Below are positions 11,543 through 24,197 of a DNA stretch of 64,000 nt, piece after piece (positions within the stretch are counted from its first letter, which is position 1; the number at the start of each line of letters is the position of its first letter). This DNA comes from Camelus ferus (taxonomy: Eukaryota), in NCBI RefSeq assembly GCF_009834535.1, contig NC_045697.1, positions 44,642,001 to 44,706,000 on the forward strand. The letters are read 5' to 3'. Under the pieces are notes generated by a model. It worked only from the letters and a program-made list of their open reading frames with translations, searched no databases and was not told the origin of the DNA. The position numbers and the translations under genes are program-made.

Positions 11543-11809
11543 AATGAAATTGTTTTTTCCCCCAAATGATCAGCTGTTAGCCCAACACATATTATATCTT
11601 TTCTTCACTGATTTAAAATGCCTTCTTTATCCTATATTAAATATTTCAAAAATTAGGATCTCTTTCTAAAGTTTACTGTTGATTTCTCGTTATATGACTG
11701 CCTAGCTGTTCATAGTGAGGCAGTAAATTCAGCCCTCGTTTCGGTTATGGTAGCTTCAGAAAACGTTTGGCTATCTTGTAGAACAATTTGTTAACCTTCT
11801 TTTCAAGTC

Positions 11810-12060
11810 ATGGTGACTAGCAGGCAAGGAAAGGTGTCACCCCCTGACATCTGATCATCAGCAGGTAATAGGGCTGCTGTTACACAGTGGGGGCGAGAAA
11901 GTGTTCCATTGGGACACCTTTTGATGCTCCCATTCCAGTTTCAAAGGTATATGGACAAGTATAGCAGCCATGATCTGAGGACGGCGTCGTAACAAGAGGC
12001 TCAGACCCCACAAGGCTGCAGATCTGAGTCATCTCACTAGGCCAGTGCCCACCAGAGGAG
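11810..12060 (+). mobile_element. ERVL/MaLR internal-region remnant
   Basis: gggctgctgttacacagtgggggc...gacaccttttgatgctcccat...ggctcagacccc...atctgagtcatctcactagg resembles the 3' internal region of ERVL. Confidence 0.5.
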
Positions 12061-12061
12061 T

Positions 12062-12190
12062 CTGCCTTCCCTTCTCTTCCTTTCCCTGCTTCCCCCCTAC
12101 CTCCCCCCTCTTTCTTTCTTTCCCTCCCTCTGGGATCCCCTTCTTCCTTCCTTCTCTCTCTCCTCCCTCCTTCTCCATCTTTGCTCTCTC
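12062..12190. repeat. CT-rich low-complexity tract
   Basis: About 130 bp of almost pure pyrimidine on the + strand. Confidence 0.9.
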
Positions 12191-13114
12191 ATATAAGGCA
12201 AGATACTGGTCAAATGGGCTTATCCATCTTAGAATGGGCCAAACACAATTACTTTTATTTTATCAGACTCTTCTTTTATTTAGTATTTTAAAAATTGCAT
12301 GTGAAATATGCAGATATATATTTATTATAAAACGTTTAAATCATAGACTAGCTTTTATTGATTTATAAGAAGTTTCCCTGTGGATTATAGAGATAGATGA
12401 ACTGCAAAAAGGATTTTCTTGAATTTAGAGTTAAATGAAAGCCAGTTATCTAAAACTCTCCCAGCCCCATCATTCCCTAGAGTTTTCCCACATGTACAAT
12501 GTTGCCTGTGTAGATCATATGGAATATTTTTACCATAAGAATCTTCAGTTTCATAAAACTCATAGTTCTAGAAGGCCCTGCCCAGGTAATGACATAATTA
12601 GGGATGAAGCTAGGGGCAAATGCAAGCTTGGCAACCAAGGTCTAGAATAGGGCACGTGGGAAGTATTTACAAATCACGGATCAAATGCTATCCAAGGAAT
12701 GTGCCCTCCCTTTGGGAAGTTAAAAAGATTAACTAGATGTAGATTTGTTACTTATGGAAGTTATACATGCTTTTGGTAAAAAAAGCATATAGAAGGCCTT
12801 CCCAGACTGCAACCCCACTTCCAAAGTTAACTACTCTTAACAAATTTCTTATGTATCATTTCAGAAAGTTTCTATGAATACACAAAAATATAGAATAACC
12901 CTTAAAATACCCTCCCTGCCCTCCCTCCGACACAGGATAATACTGAATGTGACGTTCTGCATCTGGCGTCTGTCAGTTAACATGAAATCTTAGACCTCTT
13001 TTTGCATTGCTATGTGTATGTTATTCTTTGTTATATACAGTAGTACACTGTATACGTATGCCATAATATATTTTGCTAGTTGCTTTTGATGCTCATTTGT
13101 TCTAGGAAAAAAGG

Positions 13115-13330
13115 TCTGTGGATTAGATGGTAGTGATGTATAAATGTTAATTTCCTGGTTTTGATAGATGTTTTGGGGTTATTTAGGCTAATTTTTTTGT
13201 TTGTAGGAAATACACACTAATGTATTCAGGGTGATGGGCATCATTTTGGCAATTTCTAAATGGTTCAGAAAAAAGTCTTTTACTACACTTGCAACTTTTC
13301 TATAGATGTGAGATTATTCAAAATAAAAGT
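13115..13330 (+). mobile_element. L1MC-type 3' end
   Basis: aatgttaatttcctggttttgat...gtaggaaatacacact...cttgcaacttttct...aaaataaaagt. Confidence 0.7.
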
Positions 13331-14036
13331 CTGAAAAAACTATACAAAAGAAAAAACTTACAGGGTAATTTAAAATGTATGTTTCAATAAAAATTTGCTC
13401 ACCAAATAGATGAGATTTACATAGTTTCAAGCTAGGGTGCTATACTAGGCTTTTAGAAGCACAGTTGTATGAGGGAATAATTCAAAATGTCTGAAAAATT
13501 AGAATTATTTCAGAAAATAGCATTTGTAGACTATAATTCTATAAGATTCCCATTTTTGTGTGGTAGCTCTTTCATAGTTTCCCTTAGGAAATTGTTTCTA
13601 ATATTTCAGTTATTGTTAATATTTGGAATGTTTTGTTAGTTATTCATTTCTCTTGCTCTAATTTACCTGTTTTTTTCTGATTTAATTCCCTTTTAATCAT
13701 ATTAAATAATTTCTTCCATTTCTTTTTAAAAGTTATTTTGTTTTCTCCGCTTCTTACATACTGTTTAATTATTTCCTCTGTGAACATACCTTCACGCCTA
13801 TACGTTTTCATATGTGTCCACATTAGTAAAATGATGGTGCTGCTTGATTTTATCTTGAAATGTCTCAGTATTTTCCTTGATCAGTAATGCTTTATGCATG
13901 TGTGAGATTAGTTATTTAAATAATAGCTATATAAGACCTAGTGTGACTTTGTTATTTTTATCATGAATGTAAATAATAATGTATCTCAATTTAGATGTGA
14001 TTTAATGTAACTTTTATTTGATAAGATATAATCCCT

Positions 14037-14291
14037 ATGGTGGGGAAGGGATAGATTAGGAGTTCAGCATTAACAGACACAAATTACTAAATATAAACTA
14101 GATAAACAACAAGGAATTACTGTATAGCACAGGGATTCAATTTCAATTTCTTGTAATGAGCCATAATGGAAAAGAAACTGAAAATGTATATAAGTATGTG
14201 TATGTATAACTAAATCGCTTTGCTGTACACCTGAAACTAACATTGTAAATCGACTATACTTCAATAAAAAATAAGAATAAAAATATATAGC
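14037..14291 (+). mobile_element. 255-bp L1 3' end
   Basis: ggaagggatagattaggagtt...tgtacacctgaaactaacattgtaaatcgactatacttcaataaaa; TSD tataatccct at 14027-14036 and 14292-14301. Confidence 0.9.
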
Positions 14292-14942
14292 TATAATCCC
14301 TGTAAATAATTAATTATTGCTCACATTCTTCATTGATGGCCATTCATTAATAATGTTTCAAAATAATTCTGACTTCTTTACATTTCATACTCTGTATAAT
14401 GAGCTTGTTTTATTTGGAGATAACATGATTTCATAGTTTAGTGAACAATATGATGATGAGATCTAGCTGCAATAAGAATATAGTAAGAAATATTATTAGC
14501 AATGGTTACATCTGGGTTGTGGGAAGTTCTATTTTTCTTCTTTTGCTTACCTATATTTAAAATCTTATTTATAATAACCATATATTGCTTTGTTTAAAAA
14601 GTAAATAACATTTTAAACACAGTGTGTTCTTCCGCAGAGCTCAGAGTAGACCCATGAAAAGAGAGATAAAGAAAGGAGTGTGGGGTACAAGATTGTGGTT
14701 CACAATTTGCAATTCTGTTTCTTCAGTGGTTCTTAAAGGAGATGAGCAAAAATAATTTTTATGTTCTTCGCTTTTTGTAGGAATGCATTATTTAAGCAGG
14801 TGAACGTATTTAATTTTTCAATATGTATGACCTTCTATATGAAAAAGAAGTGTGAGCACTGTAGACGTTCTACCTGCATGTAGTCTTTTTGGTTTTTCCT
14901 GACCACAGGAATGTGCATTCGGAAATGAGTACATGAAGCATC

Positions 14943-15297
14943 TGTATTAGTTCGCTAGGGCTGCCATAACGTATACACAGACGGGGTGGTTTAAACAACA
15001 GATTTGTTTGCTCACAATTCTAGAGGCTAGAAGTCTGAGATTGAGGTGTCGGTGGAGTTGGTTCCCTCTCTTCGCCACGTGTCTTCACATAATCTTCCCT
15101 CTCTTGGTGTCCCCGTCCAAATTTCCTCTTCTTATGAGGATGCTAGTCATTTTGGATTAGGACCCAACCTAATGACCTCACTTTAACTTAATTATCTCTG
15201 TAAAAATTCTTTCTTAATATGTAGTCACATTCTGAGATACTGGGGGGTTAAGACTTCAACATGTGAATATTTGGAGGGGCACAATTCAGTCATAAGA
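14943..15297 (-). mobile_element. MLT1A/B/C-type solo LTR
   Basis: Starts tgtattagttcgctagggctgccataac, ends cacaattcagtcataaga; 5-bp TSD gcatc at 14938-14942 and 15298-15302. Confidence 0.9.
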
Positions 15298-15692
15298 GCA
15301 TCTGAAAAACATGCTTGTCGATTCAGATACTCTTTGGTTCCATAAACACATGTGGCTCATGTATAGTGGTATTTAACTTCTTCTGAGATAGGGACTCTTG
15401 AGAACAAGAAGCAGGGGCCCTGTACCCAGAGAAATACACATATACACTGAATTTCACATCAGGGAGTTTACAGACGCGCCCCGGCCCCTGCCTCCTACCT
15501 TGTCTCTGGATCCCTAGGGTCTAGATCCCCTGGTCCAGATGCTGTTAAAACCAAGAAGTCAGAGAATTCAGTGATCTAATCCATCAGATCAGTTGTTCAC
15601 CAGTAAGTAGTAAATTACAATTTTAGATCTTCCCCCTAAATGTTTATAGTCCATTGGCTATAAACTTGACAACTCAAGGAATTGAAAGTAGC

Positions 15693-15934
15693 CAAGGGGG
15701 TGGAGGGTGGGAAGGGATAGACTGGGATTTCAAAATTGTAGAATAGATAAACAAGATTATACTGTATAGCACAGGAAAGTATACACAAGATCTTATGGTA
15801 GCTCACAGAGAAAAAAATGTGACAATGAATATATATATGTTCATGTATAATTGAAAAATTGTGCTCTACACTGGAATTTGACACAACATTGTAAAATGAT
15901 TATAAATCAATAAAAAATGTTAAAAAAAAAAAAA
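15693..15934 (+). mobile_element. Young 242-bp L1 3' end with intact poly(A)
   Basis: G-rich motif, aataaa and A13 tail; TSD gaaagtagc at 15684-15692 and 15935-15943. Confidence 0.92.
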
Positions 15935-17029
15935 GAAAGTAGCTCTGTAAAAGGCATCCTCACTCTAGCAACAGCTAACTCCAAGCGCTGCCAGCAGCTC
16001 TCCTGAATGGCTGCAGGGGTTCTCTTGGTTCCCAAAGATGTCTCTTGATACCAGGTTTTAAGCACATATCACTCCTGAGGTAGGCCAGGCCTGCTCTCGG
16101 GCAGTCCCTGGGTTTGGAGCTCTTAGGGGTAAAATTAGGCCACACCTGGCTGCATCTGGCGCTCCCTTGGAGGTGTGGTCTGGCTTTGGCTAATCATCGG
16201 TGGGTAGGAGGATCATAGGCTAATTAAGTTGTCTTTCCACTTGGGATCTTCTTCCATCTAAAACCTGAAGCCTTTTGGTGTTCAAAGTGCAAAAGAGACT
16301 TACCATTACTTGAGACGGAGTCAGATTTCCAAGGGCTAGGCCTCTAACCAGTCCCTCACGGTGAGCAGGATTACATACCTTTAGCATTGTTTCTGCTTTG
16401 TAAGTAAAGACAAGGGAAAAAATCGGAGCCAGCGTTTGTAGAAATGAGCCAGACACCAAGTGTATGGTGTGTCTTTTGATTGGAGCATTTAGTCCACTTA
16501 AAGTGATTATTTTTAAATTTAAAGTAATTATTGATAGATATGTAATTGTTGCCATTTTTGTTATTTGTTTTGGGGTTTTGTACTTTTTTTTGTCCCTTTC
16601 TTCTCTTCCATTGTAATTTGATAACTATCTTTAGTGCTATGTTTGGATTCCTTTCTCTTTTTCGTGTGTGTATCTAGTATAGATTTTTGGTTTGTGGTTA
16701 CCATGAGGTATATATACATATATATAGCAATTATATATATATGATCATATTTATGATTATTTTAAGTTGATAATCTCTTAATTTCAAACGCATTTTAACA
16801 GGTCTGAATTTTAACTATTCTTCTCCCATGATTACTATTTTGACATCATATTTTATATCTTTCTATTTTGTGTATCCCTTAACTACTTATTACAGATATA
16901 GATGACTTTTCTTTTAACTTTCCTACTAGCTTTGTATGTGGTAGATTGACTACTTTCCTGCATATTTGCCTTTACTGATGAGCTTTTTCCTTTCATGATT
17001 TTCATGTTTCTAGTTGCGGTCTTTCTTTC

Positions 17030-17907
17030 TCACTTAGCAAGTCCCTTTAACATTTCTTGTAAAGCTGATTTGGTGGTGCTGAAGTTGTCTGCCAGACTTC
17101 TGAACTCCTATCAAATCTGAGTGAAAGCCTTGCCAGGTAGAGTATTCTTGGTCATAGATTTTCCTTTTCATCACTTCAAGTTAACATGCCAGTCCTTCTG
17201 GCCTGCAGAGTTTCTGCTGAAAAGTCAGCTGAGAACCTTAGGGGAGTTCCTTTGTATGTAACTTGTTGCTTTTCCCTTGCTACTTTTAATATTCTCTCTT
17301 TATCTTTAATTTTGTCATTTTAATTATAATGTGTCTTGATGTGGTCCTCTTTGAGTTGATCCTGTTTGGGACTTTCTGTTTTCCTGGACCTGGATGTCTG
17401 TTTCCTTTCCTAGATTAGGGAAGTCTTCAGCTATCATGTCTTCAAATATGTCCTCTGCTTCTCTCTCTCTCTCTTCTCCTTCTGGGACCCCTATAATGTA
17501 AATGTTAGTATGCTTGATGTTGTCCCAGAGGTTTCTTAAACTGTTCTCATTTCTTTTTGTTCTTTTTTCTTTTTTCTGTTCAGCTTCAGTGATTTCTACG
17601 ACTGTCTTCCAGCTCGCTGATCTGTTCTTCTGTATCATTTATTCTACTGTTGATTCCTTCTAGTGTATTTTTCAGTTTAGTTATTGTAGTCCTCATCGCC
17701 GTTTGATTGTCCTTTATATTTTCTAACTCTTTGTTAAAAACTTCTAACTTCTCATTTTGTTCATCCATTCTTCTCCAGAGTTCTTTGATCATTTTTACCA
17801 TCCTTACCTTGAACTTCTTCTTGGGTAGATTGACTGTCTCCACTTTGTTCTTCTTCTGGGGTTTTATCTTGTTCCTTCGTTTGGAATAAGTTCCTCTGTT
17901 GCCTTGT
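17030..17907 (-). pseudogene. L1 ORF1p pseudogene (frameshifted, start codon mutated)
   Basis: Split across track ORFs 17586-17843 and 17324-17638; C-terminal FSTTKSALQEMLKGL near 17040-17083. Confidence 0.85.
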
Positions 17908-18099
17908 TTTGCCTAATTTGCTGTTTTTGTTTCTATGTATCTGATAGGTTGGCTATGTTTCCCAACCTTGGAGAAGTGGCCTTTTGTCGGAAATGTCCTA
18001 TGCACCCCAGCAGTGCACTCCTTTCTATTCACCAGAGCTATATGCTTAAGGGTTCCACTATGTGGGCTGAGTGGGTGCTTCTGTTGTGGTGGGCTGACT

Positions 18100-19000
18100 A
18101 CCATGGGTGATCTTGTAGGCGTGGCTGGCTCCTGTTCTGGTTTGTCAGGCCCTGCCTTGTGCAGAAGCTGCCAGCTGCTGGCTGATGGGGCTGGGTCATG
18201 AGGTGGCTGGCTGTGGAATCCTGGGGGTCCCAGGGCTAGTGCTGGCTCACTAGTGGGCAGAACTGGGTTCCGGGGTGGGTAGTTGCAGGGCCAGGGTTCT
18301 CAGATCTAGTGGTGGGATCTCAGTGGATGGGGCTATTTCCTGACAAGGCTGGCTGCAGGTTCCAGGCACTTGCCCGCTGGTGAGTGGGGCTAGATCCTGA
18401 AGCAGCTGGCAAAGGAGTCCAAGGTGTCTCAGAACTGGTGTTGGCCTGCTGGTGGGTGGGGCTGGAATCCAGAGGGTCCCAGGGCTAGTCCTGGCTCCCT
18501 GGTGGGTGGAGCCAGGTCCCAGGGTCTGTGACTGAAGGGCCCTGAGAGTCCTGAACCTGGTATCAGCCTGCTTGTGGGTGGGGCTAGATCCCAAGGCTCC
18601 TGGCTGAGGAGCCCAATGTCTCCCAGAGCTGAAGCTGGCCTGCGGGTGGCAATTCTGGGACCCACTGAGTCCTGGGGCTGGTGACTGCCCACTGGTGTGT
18701 GAGGTTGGTCCTGAGGCTAGTCCTTATTGGTGGGTAGGGCCAGGGCCTAGGGCTTCCTGGGGCTGATAGGTGGAGCTGGGTCCCAGGGTCTCTGGCTGCA
18801 AGGCTCTGGGGGTTCCAGGTCTAGTGCCTGTGTGAGGGGCTGGGTCCTGGGCCCTCTGGTGGGCCCAGGGGTTCTCAAGGTAGCTTGCCTGCCTGTGGGT
18901 GGGGCTGTGTCCCTGCCCAGCGAGTTGCTTGGCCTGAGGTTTCCCAGTACTGGCACCTGCAGGCTGTTAAGTGAAAGGGTGCTGGGTCCTGGGGCCAATA
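18100..19000. repeat. Degenerate GC-rich tandem array within the L1 5' UTR
   Basis: Recurrent units like cagggctagtgctggc...ctggtgggtggagctgggtcccagggtc. Confidence 0.75.
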
Positions 19001-19532
19001 AATTAGAGGGAGGGTTCCAAAATGGCACCTGCCAGTGTCCACATGGTAGAATGAGCGAGTCTCCAAAACGGCCGCTGCTGCTGTCTGTGTCCCCAGGGCA
19101 GGCTGCGGATGCCTCCTGCACCTCTCCAGGGCACTCTCCAAGATCAGCAGGTTGGTCTCACCTAGGCACCTTTCAAACTACTGTTTCTGCCCTGGGTTCT
19201 GGGCTATGTGAGATTTTGTGTGTGCCCTTTAAGAGTGGAGTCTCTACTTCCCACAGCCCGCTGGGACTCCTGACAGTGAGCCCCGCTGGCCTCCAAGGCC
19301 AAACGCTCTGGGAGCTCACCTTCCTGCGCTGGGCCCCTGGGCTGGGGAGCCTGGTGTGCCACTCAGACCGCTTGCTCCTAGGGGAGAACCGCTGCAGCTG
19401 TAATTCTTCTCTCTCTGTGGGTCGCCCACCCGGGGGCACGGGACTTGACTCTGCCCTGTCTACTGGTCTCGTATCTTTGGCTGTAGAAGATACTTTTCTG
19501 GTAGATTCTGGTCTTTCTCATCAATAGCTGCT

Positions 19533-19640
19533 TTGCCTCTTCCAGATTCTGATGGCTCCTTGTGTTCCTTGGCTCTTGCAGGATTACTCTACTCCCTGCC
19601 TTCATCTTTACGTGGTCTGCCCCGTGCCTCTTTGTCGTTT
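19533..19640 (-). mobile_element. MLT1-type LTR internal fragment
   Basis: ttgcctcttccagattctgatggctcc...ttccttggctctt...ctgccttcatctttacgtgg. Confidence 0.6.
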
Positions 19641-20639
19641 TATTTATTAGAACAGTTATGCAGTGTTGAACCTATATTGTTACAATTATGCTTTTATTGG
19701 AAATTAATTGACATACTAAAAATTATTGACATATCTAATTTTACTCAAAGCAGACTGACCTATGTAATTAAAAAAACTTGTTTAAAGAAGGAAATTTAGA
19801 GATCCTATACTTTGATAAATTAAAACAGTATCAATATTAATATTTTAATTTCATTTCCCAAAGATGAAAACGCTTTTGATGTACCAACTGGTTTTATGTC
19901 ACTTAATCAACTTGCAGTTGTGCTATTTAGGTAAAGAAAACCATGAGTATACAAAACGAATGATTTTTTTTCAACAACACTCTCCAGAAAAGCTTTATAG
20001 GGTTAAATAGTAAATGAAATAAATATTCAAAACTAATACTCAAAAGTTATTTAAATTGCTTATAAATAGTGATCAACTTCTAACCTTAGTCATGGCAGTA
20101 GTATTTACACTTTTGGATACAGATGTCAAGAGTTCCTCTGAAGTGCCTTTTTTTTTTTCACTTACCACCATTTTATAATATTTAAGTTTTTATAATAAAC
20201 ATGATCACCATTACAATAAAATGTTCAAATCTGGAAAGACATTCTATCTCTTTTTTTCCAGTGGGTTTAGAAACACTGCTTTTTAATTTGAAAAAGGAAC
20301 GTGTATAAATGTGATTGACGTAAATCTTGGAAACGTCACGAATATCCAGGATTCTGGAGAGAAATCACTCGTCTCCTGGCAGAAGTGAAAGATGAGCGGA
20401 GACCGGGGGCACCCAATGATTTTTTTTTTTTAAACCAACTCATGTTTTGTTCAGATTTCATCAACTTTTCCACTAATGTCTTTTTTCTGTTCCAGGAACC
20501 TATACAAGACCCCACATTTTATTTAGAATGCATTTTATTTTATCAATTAATTTCTATTATTCCATATTTTATAATGATTGATGATCAGCAGAAATCCTGA
20601 CCATTTTTGTGTGTGTGCTTACGTATTTTTCCCCCTTCT

Positions 20640-20845
20640 CTATGGCAGAAGAGAAAAAACTAGTCCTATGGGATTTGGGGTCAAATTGACCTGAGTTTTA
20701 ACCTTAATTTTTCCACTTAATTTTGAGGTGTTGATCAAGTCACCTAAGCTCTCTAAACTTCACTTTATTCATCTGTAATGTAGAAATAATGATGACAATA
20801 ATACCTATCTCACTGAGTTGTAAAGACTAAATGTGAATACAGAAT
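20640..20845 (+). mobile_element. MIR SINE
   Basis: caagtcacctaagctctctaaacttcactttattcatctgtaa...aataatacctatctca. Confidence 0.75.
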
Positions 20846-23079
20846 CGACTGTAGTCAGGATTCTCGGCATTATTATTACTTACTGTCTAATGAAGATACT
20901 AAAGAAAAGAGAATTATCCAGAGAGCAGATGGTCAAACATGATTTTAAAAAGTGGGGGAGGAGGAACGGCACAGAAAAGCCCCAAGTGGAAAAACCAACT
21001 CTAAAATAAGCAGCAGTTGATTGTGAGTAAAATGAAGAAGCTTTTCTATTTCTTGCCAGCATATTTATATCAAAATGTGTAACATGGGGCCAGTTTTGTT
21101 ATTTGGCATGTTTCTGGCCATTTGTAAAAAAAAAATGTTCAGCAGCTGTTGCTCTGGGAGGCAGATGGATGGATGACATTTATGAATTGTATTTTTCAGA
21201 TGGAGAAACTGAGGCACCACGTGGTTCTTTGTTTTTCCCCAACCTTCCACATCCATGAAACATCAAACTTGGAATGATAGTTCATGAATATCTTCTTCCT
21301 TCCAGCTATATACTGCAGAAAGGAATTGCCAATAGATGAGACGGTAAAAATGGGGAGCTTTCTCTCAGGGAGGCCAGCTGAAGAGTCGTGCTTTTGTGTC
21401 TGGTACAGATGGCCAACTGGTAGTGCTTACCAGGGCTTCCCTCCCCTGCAGCCACCCGCCCTCAAGTGACAGCTTTTTGCATCTTCTTGTCTAATTAAAC
21501 CACCGGCAGAGAATGCCAGTTATATGCTTGTGTGACACCTCTGAATATTAAGTAGCTTTTGTAATTAATTATATTTTGAAAGGCTCAATCCTCCATAATT
21601 AAAAAAAAAATCTTTGAGAATTAATAGGTTAGCATGATATATGGACTGAAAACACCATGAGCAACAACTTGGCAGTGAGGGAACAACTTTGCATCCTGTG
21701 GAGTGTCTCTGTTGATCAATCCTTGATGACCTGAATGCTCCCAATACTAACATCACGATGTGTTTCTTTTTTGGTCTATCTTCCCGTGCATCCAAGTGGA
21801 ACCAATTGTTTCTGCACAGGATAAGATATAAAAAATGCAGATAACTTAAATAATTTATTGCCCAACAAGGCAGTCTGTGTCGTACAGGAGAATGGGCTAC
21901 AAGCAGCTGTCTGCCTCATATCGCCCTCTGGGTTATGACTGCAATGCCATTTAGTAACTTTTGTGTCTTTTGTGCTGGCAGCGACGTTGAGGCCGGATAA
22001 TGGATGCTGGCAAGATTTTGAAATCACAGACAAGGAAAGAGCGCCTTTGATCAGGTGTTCGTGTTCTCCTGTGCTGACCTCATGGCACGGGGCAGAACTG
22101 GCCCACCCCAGAGGGCCATCCAGTATGCCGGGGCTGTCTCGGTGTGGAGCCTGCTCTTTTGCCCTTGAGGGGCTGGGCAGCTGAGGAAGTAGGAGACTTG
22201 CTGCTGGGTGATATTCTGCCTCTGGGCCTTGTATTGTGTGGTTTTGCTTTTTCGGTGGGGGCTTTTAAATCTTAGTCTGCAGGGTCTAGGTTGTTCAACC
22301 AGAAGCAAATAGGAGAAGGGATGATGGTGGAGTTAGGTGAGCAAAAATGGGAAAGGGGCCATACCCACACTTATATTTAAAGGCTGTTTGCTGCCCTTTC
22401 CTTTCACTGGGTCTCATTCTCCTTCCTTCTTCTTTCTTTTCCTTTCTTCACCCTTCCCCTTGTCTGCTTGTCCGGATTTTGCATTTTTTGTTTCAGTGGT
22501 TGGCACCAGTATTGTTTTGCTTAGATTTCAACTTGGAGAGTAGCAGGATTATGCCTCAGCAGAACAGAATTTTAGATCTGGAAGGTATTTTAGGAGTTCT
22601 GGACCAGCCGTGGAAAATCTTGAATCTTAAAGATTCTGGGAAGATTCCAGGCTTCCTTCCAGTGGTTTGACTTTTTGTTAAATGAATCTAGGAGTGCCAT
22701 CTGGCTGAGAAAATTGGGTGTAAGGCTAATGGTTCTAGAGATAGTTATCATCTTAATACTTGATATGCATTGACTGATCCACACTCTATAAACTTTGTCT
22801 TTTGATATTTCAGTTGCTTTTTAAACAGGTAAGAGATCTGCATGGTTCACAATGCAAAATCATTGAGAGATATTTAGTAACAATTTTCCCTCTCCCCTCC
22901 ACTGAGTTACCACCTCCCAAAGACATAAATAATAACCGTTATCCATTTATTGTATATCTTTTCTGAAATTTTAATGCATAAATAAGAATATATGCCTATA
23001 AACATATACATTTCCCCCCTGTTTCATGAGCGAGTAGTAACATATTTTGCATTGTTCTTTGCTTCATGTGTTGTTTTTA

Positions 23080-23220
23080 CTTAATCCTCACAGCAGTCCT
23101 GTGTGGAAGGAGCTGTTATTACCCCCATTTTACAATTAGAATTAAGCTCTAGCTGGGCAACTTGCTCAGGGCAACACAGCTGGGTAGTGGAGCTGGGATA
23201 ACCCCGACTGTCTAACTTGA
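23080..23220 (-). mobile_element. MIR SINE
   Basis: ttaatcctcacagcagtcctgtg...tattacccccattttaca...aacttgctcagggcaacacagct. Confidence 0.75.
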
Positions 23221-23464
23221 TCAGCTGTGATCTCCATCACTAGGCTGTCCTGCCTCACTGGGGCTGGTGCGGCCTCCCCAGGGTTCCTGCTGATTTGCAC
23301 AAGTTCCCCGGGGGCTCAGTGTAGTGCTGGCTCCTAAACACAGACTCCAGCCAACAGTTAGGGAATGTGGCAAAACTAATTCCATTCTTGTCAGTTGGCT
23401 TGGCTTGGCTTTTCTTTCCTTCATTCGTTCCTTCGTTCCTTTGTTCCTTTATGAAATAATGATT

Positions 23465-24197
23465 TTTAAAAATTGCAGTCAAATACATATAACCTAAAAT
23501 TAACCATCTTAACTATTTTTAAGTGTACAGTTCAGTGGCATTAAGTACATTTACATTATTCTGAAACCAATCTTCAGAACTCTTTTCATCTTCTTAAGCT
23601 GAAACTCTGTACTCAATAAACAATAACTCCCCATGTCGCTTGCCCCCAGCCACAGGTGACCTCTGTTCTCTATGAGTTTGACTACTCCAGGGACGGCACG
23701 TAAGTGGGATGATACTGTATTTGTCTTTCTGTGGCAGGTTTATTTCACTTAGCATAATGGTCTCAAGTTTTATGTTTTACCCAGGTTGTAGCATGTGTCA
23801 GAATTTCTTTCCTTTTTAAGGCAGAGTAACATTCCATTGTGTGTATATACCACATTTTGTTCACCCATCCATCCACTGAATTGCTTCTACTTTTTGGCTG
23901 TGGTGAATAATGCTGCTATGAACAGGGGTACTAATATCTGTTTGTGTTTCTGCTTTCAATTCTTTTGGGTACATACCCCAAAGTGGAATTGGTGGATCAT
24001 ATGGTAGTTCTGTTTTTAATTTTTTGAGGAACTGCCATACTGTTCTCCATAGCGCCTGCACTGTTTTACATTCCCAGCGGTGCACAAGGGTTCAATTTCT
24101 CCACATCCTTGCCAACATTTGTTATTTTCTTCTTGTTCATCCTTTTTTTTTTTTTTTTTTTGGCTCATAATCATCCTAATGGGTGTGAGATACTTCT
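23465..24197 (-). mobile_element. L1MB-type 3' end
   Basis: taaaattaaccatcttaactatttttaagtgtacagttcagtggcattaagtacatt; ORF2 remnant VWQFLKKLKTELPYDPPIPLWGMYPKELK. Confidence 0.88.

Larger units (their letters stand above)
10520..11650 (-). mobile_element. Ancient L1ME-like fragments hosting two later insertions
   Basis: cattcctagaagtgga, cctcaccaacattggg, gaggttgaacatt, cactgatttaaaatgcc. Confidence 0.6.
16460..19530 (-). mobile_element. L1 5' half: GC-rich 5' UTR, disrupted ORF1, inter-ORF spacer and first ~30 codons of ORF2
   Basis: ORF1p-like peptides (KNTLEGINSRINDTEEQISELED; NENSLRNLWDNIKHTNIYIIGVPEGEERE) and ORF2p endonuclease start MATITYLSIITLN...GLNAPIKRH at 16555. Confidence 0.93.

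Noticed and set aside
18100..19000. CRISPR-like repeat-spacer array
   Set aside because: Units are degenerate and irregular and lie within an L1 5' UTR in mammalian DNA.
18832..19527. 231-aa antisense ORF and overlapping ORFs in the L1 5' UTR (ORF0-like idea)
   Set aside because: Non-ATG start, GC-rich repetitive sequence depleted of stops in all frames, and no recognisable domain.
22814..22828. 15-nt in-frame micro-exon (cag|TTGCTTTTTAAACAG|gtaaga)
   Set aside because: The donor-like sequence falls at the start of an apparent old L1ME 3'-end fragment that naturally contains aggtaa; no other support.
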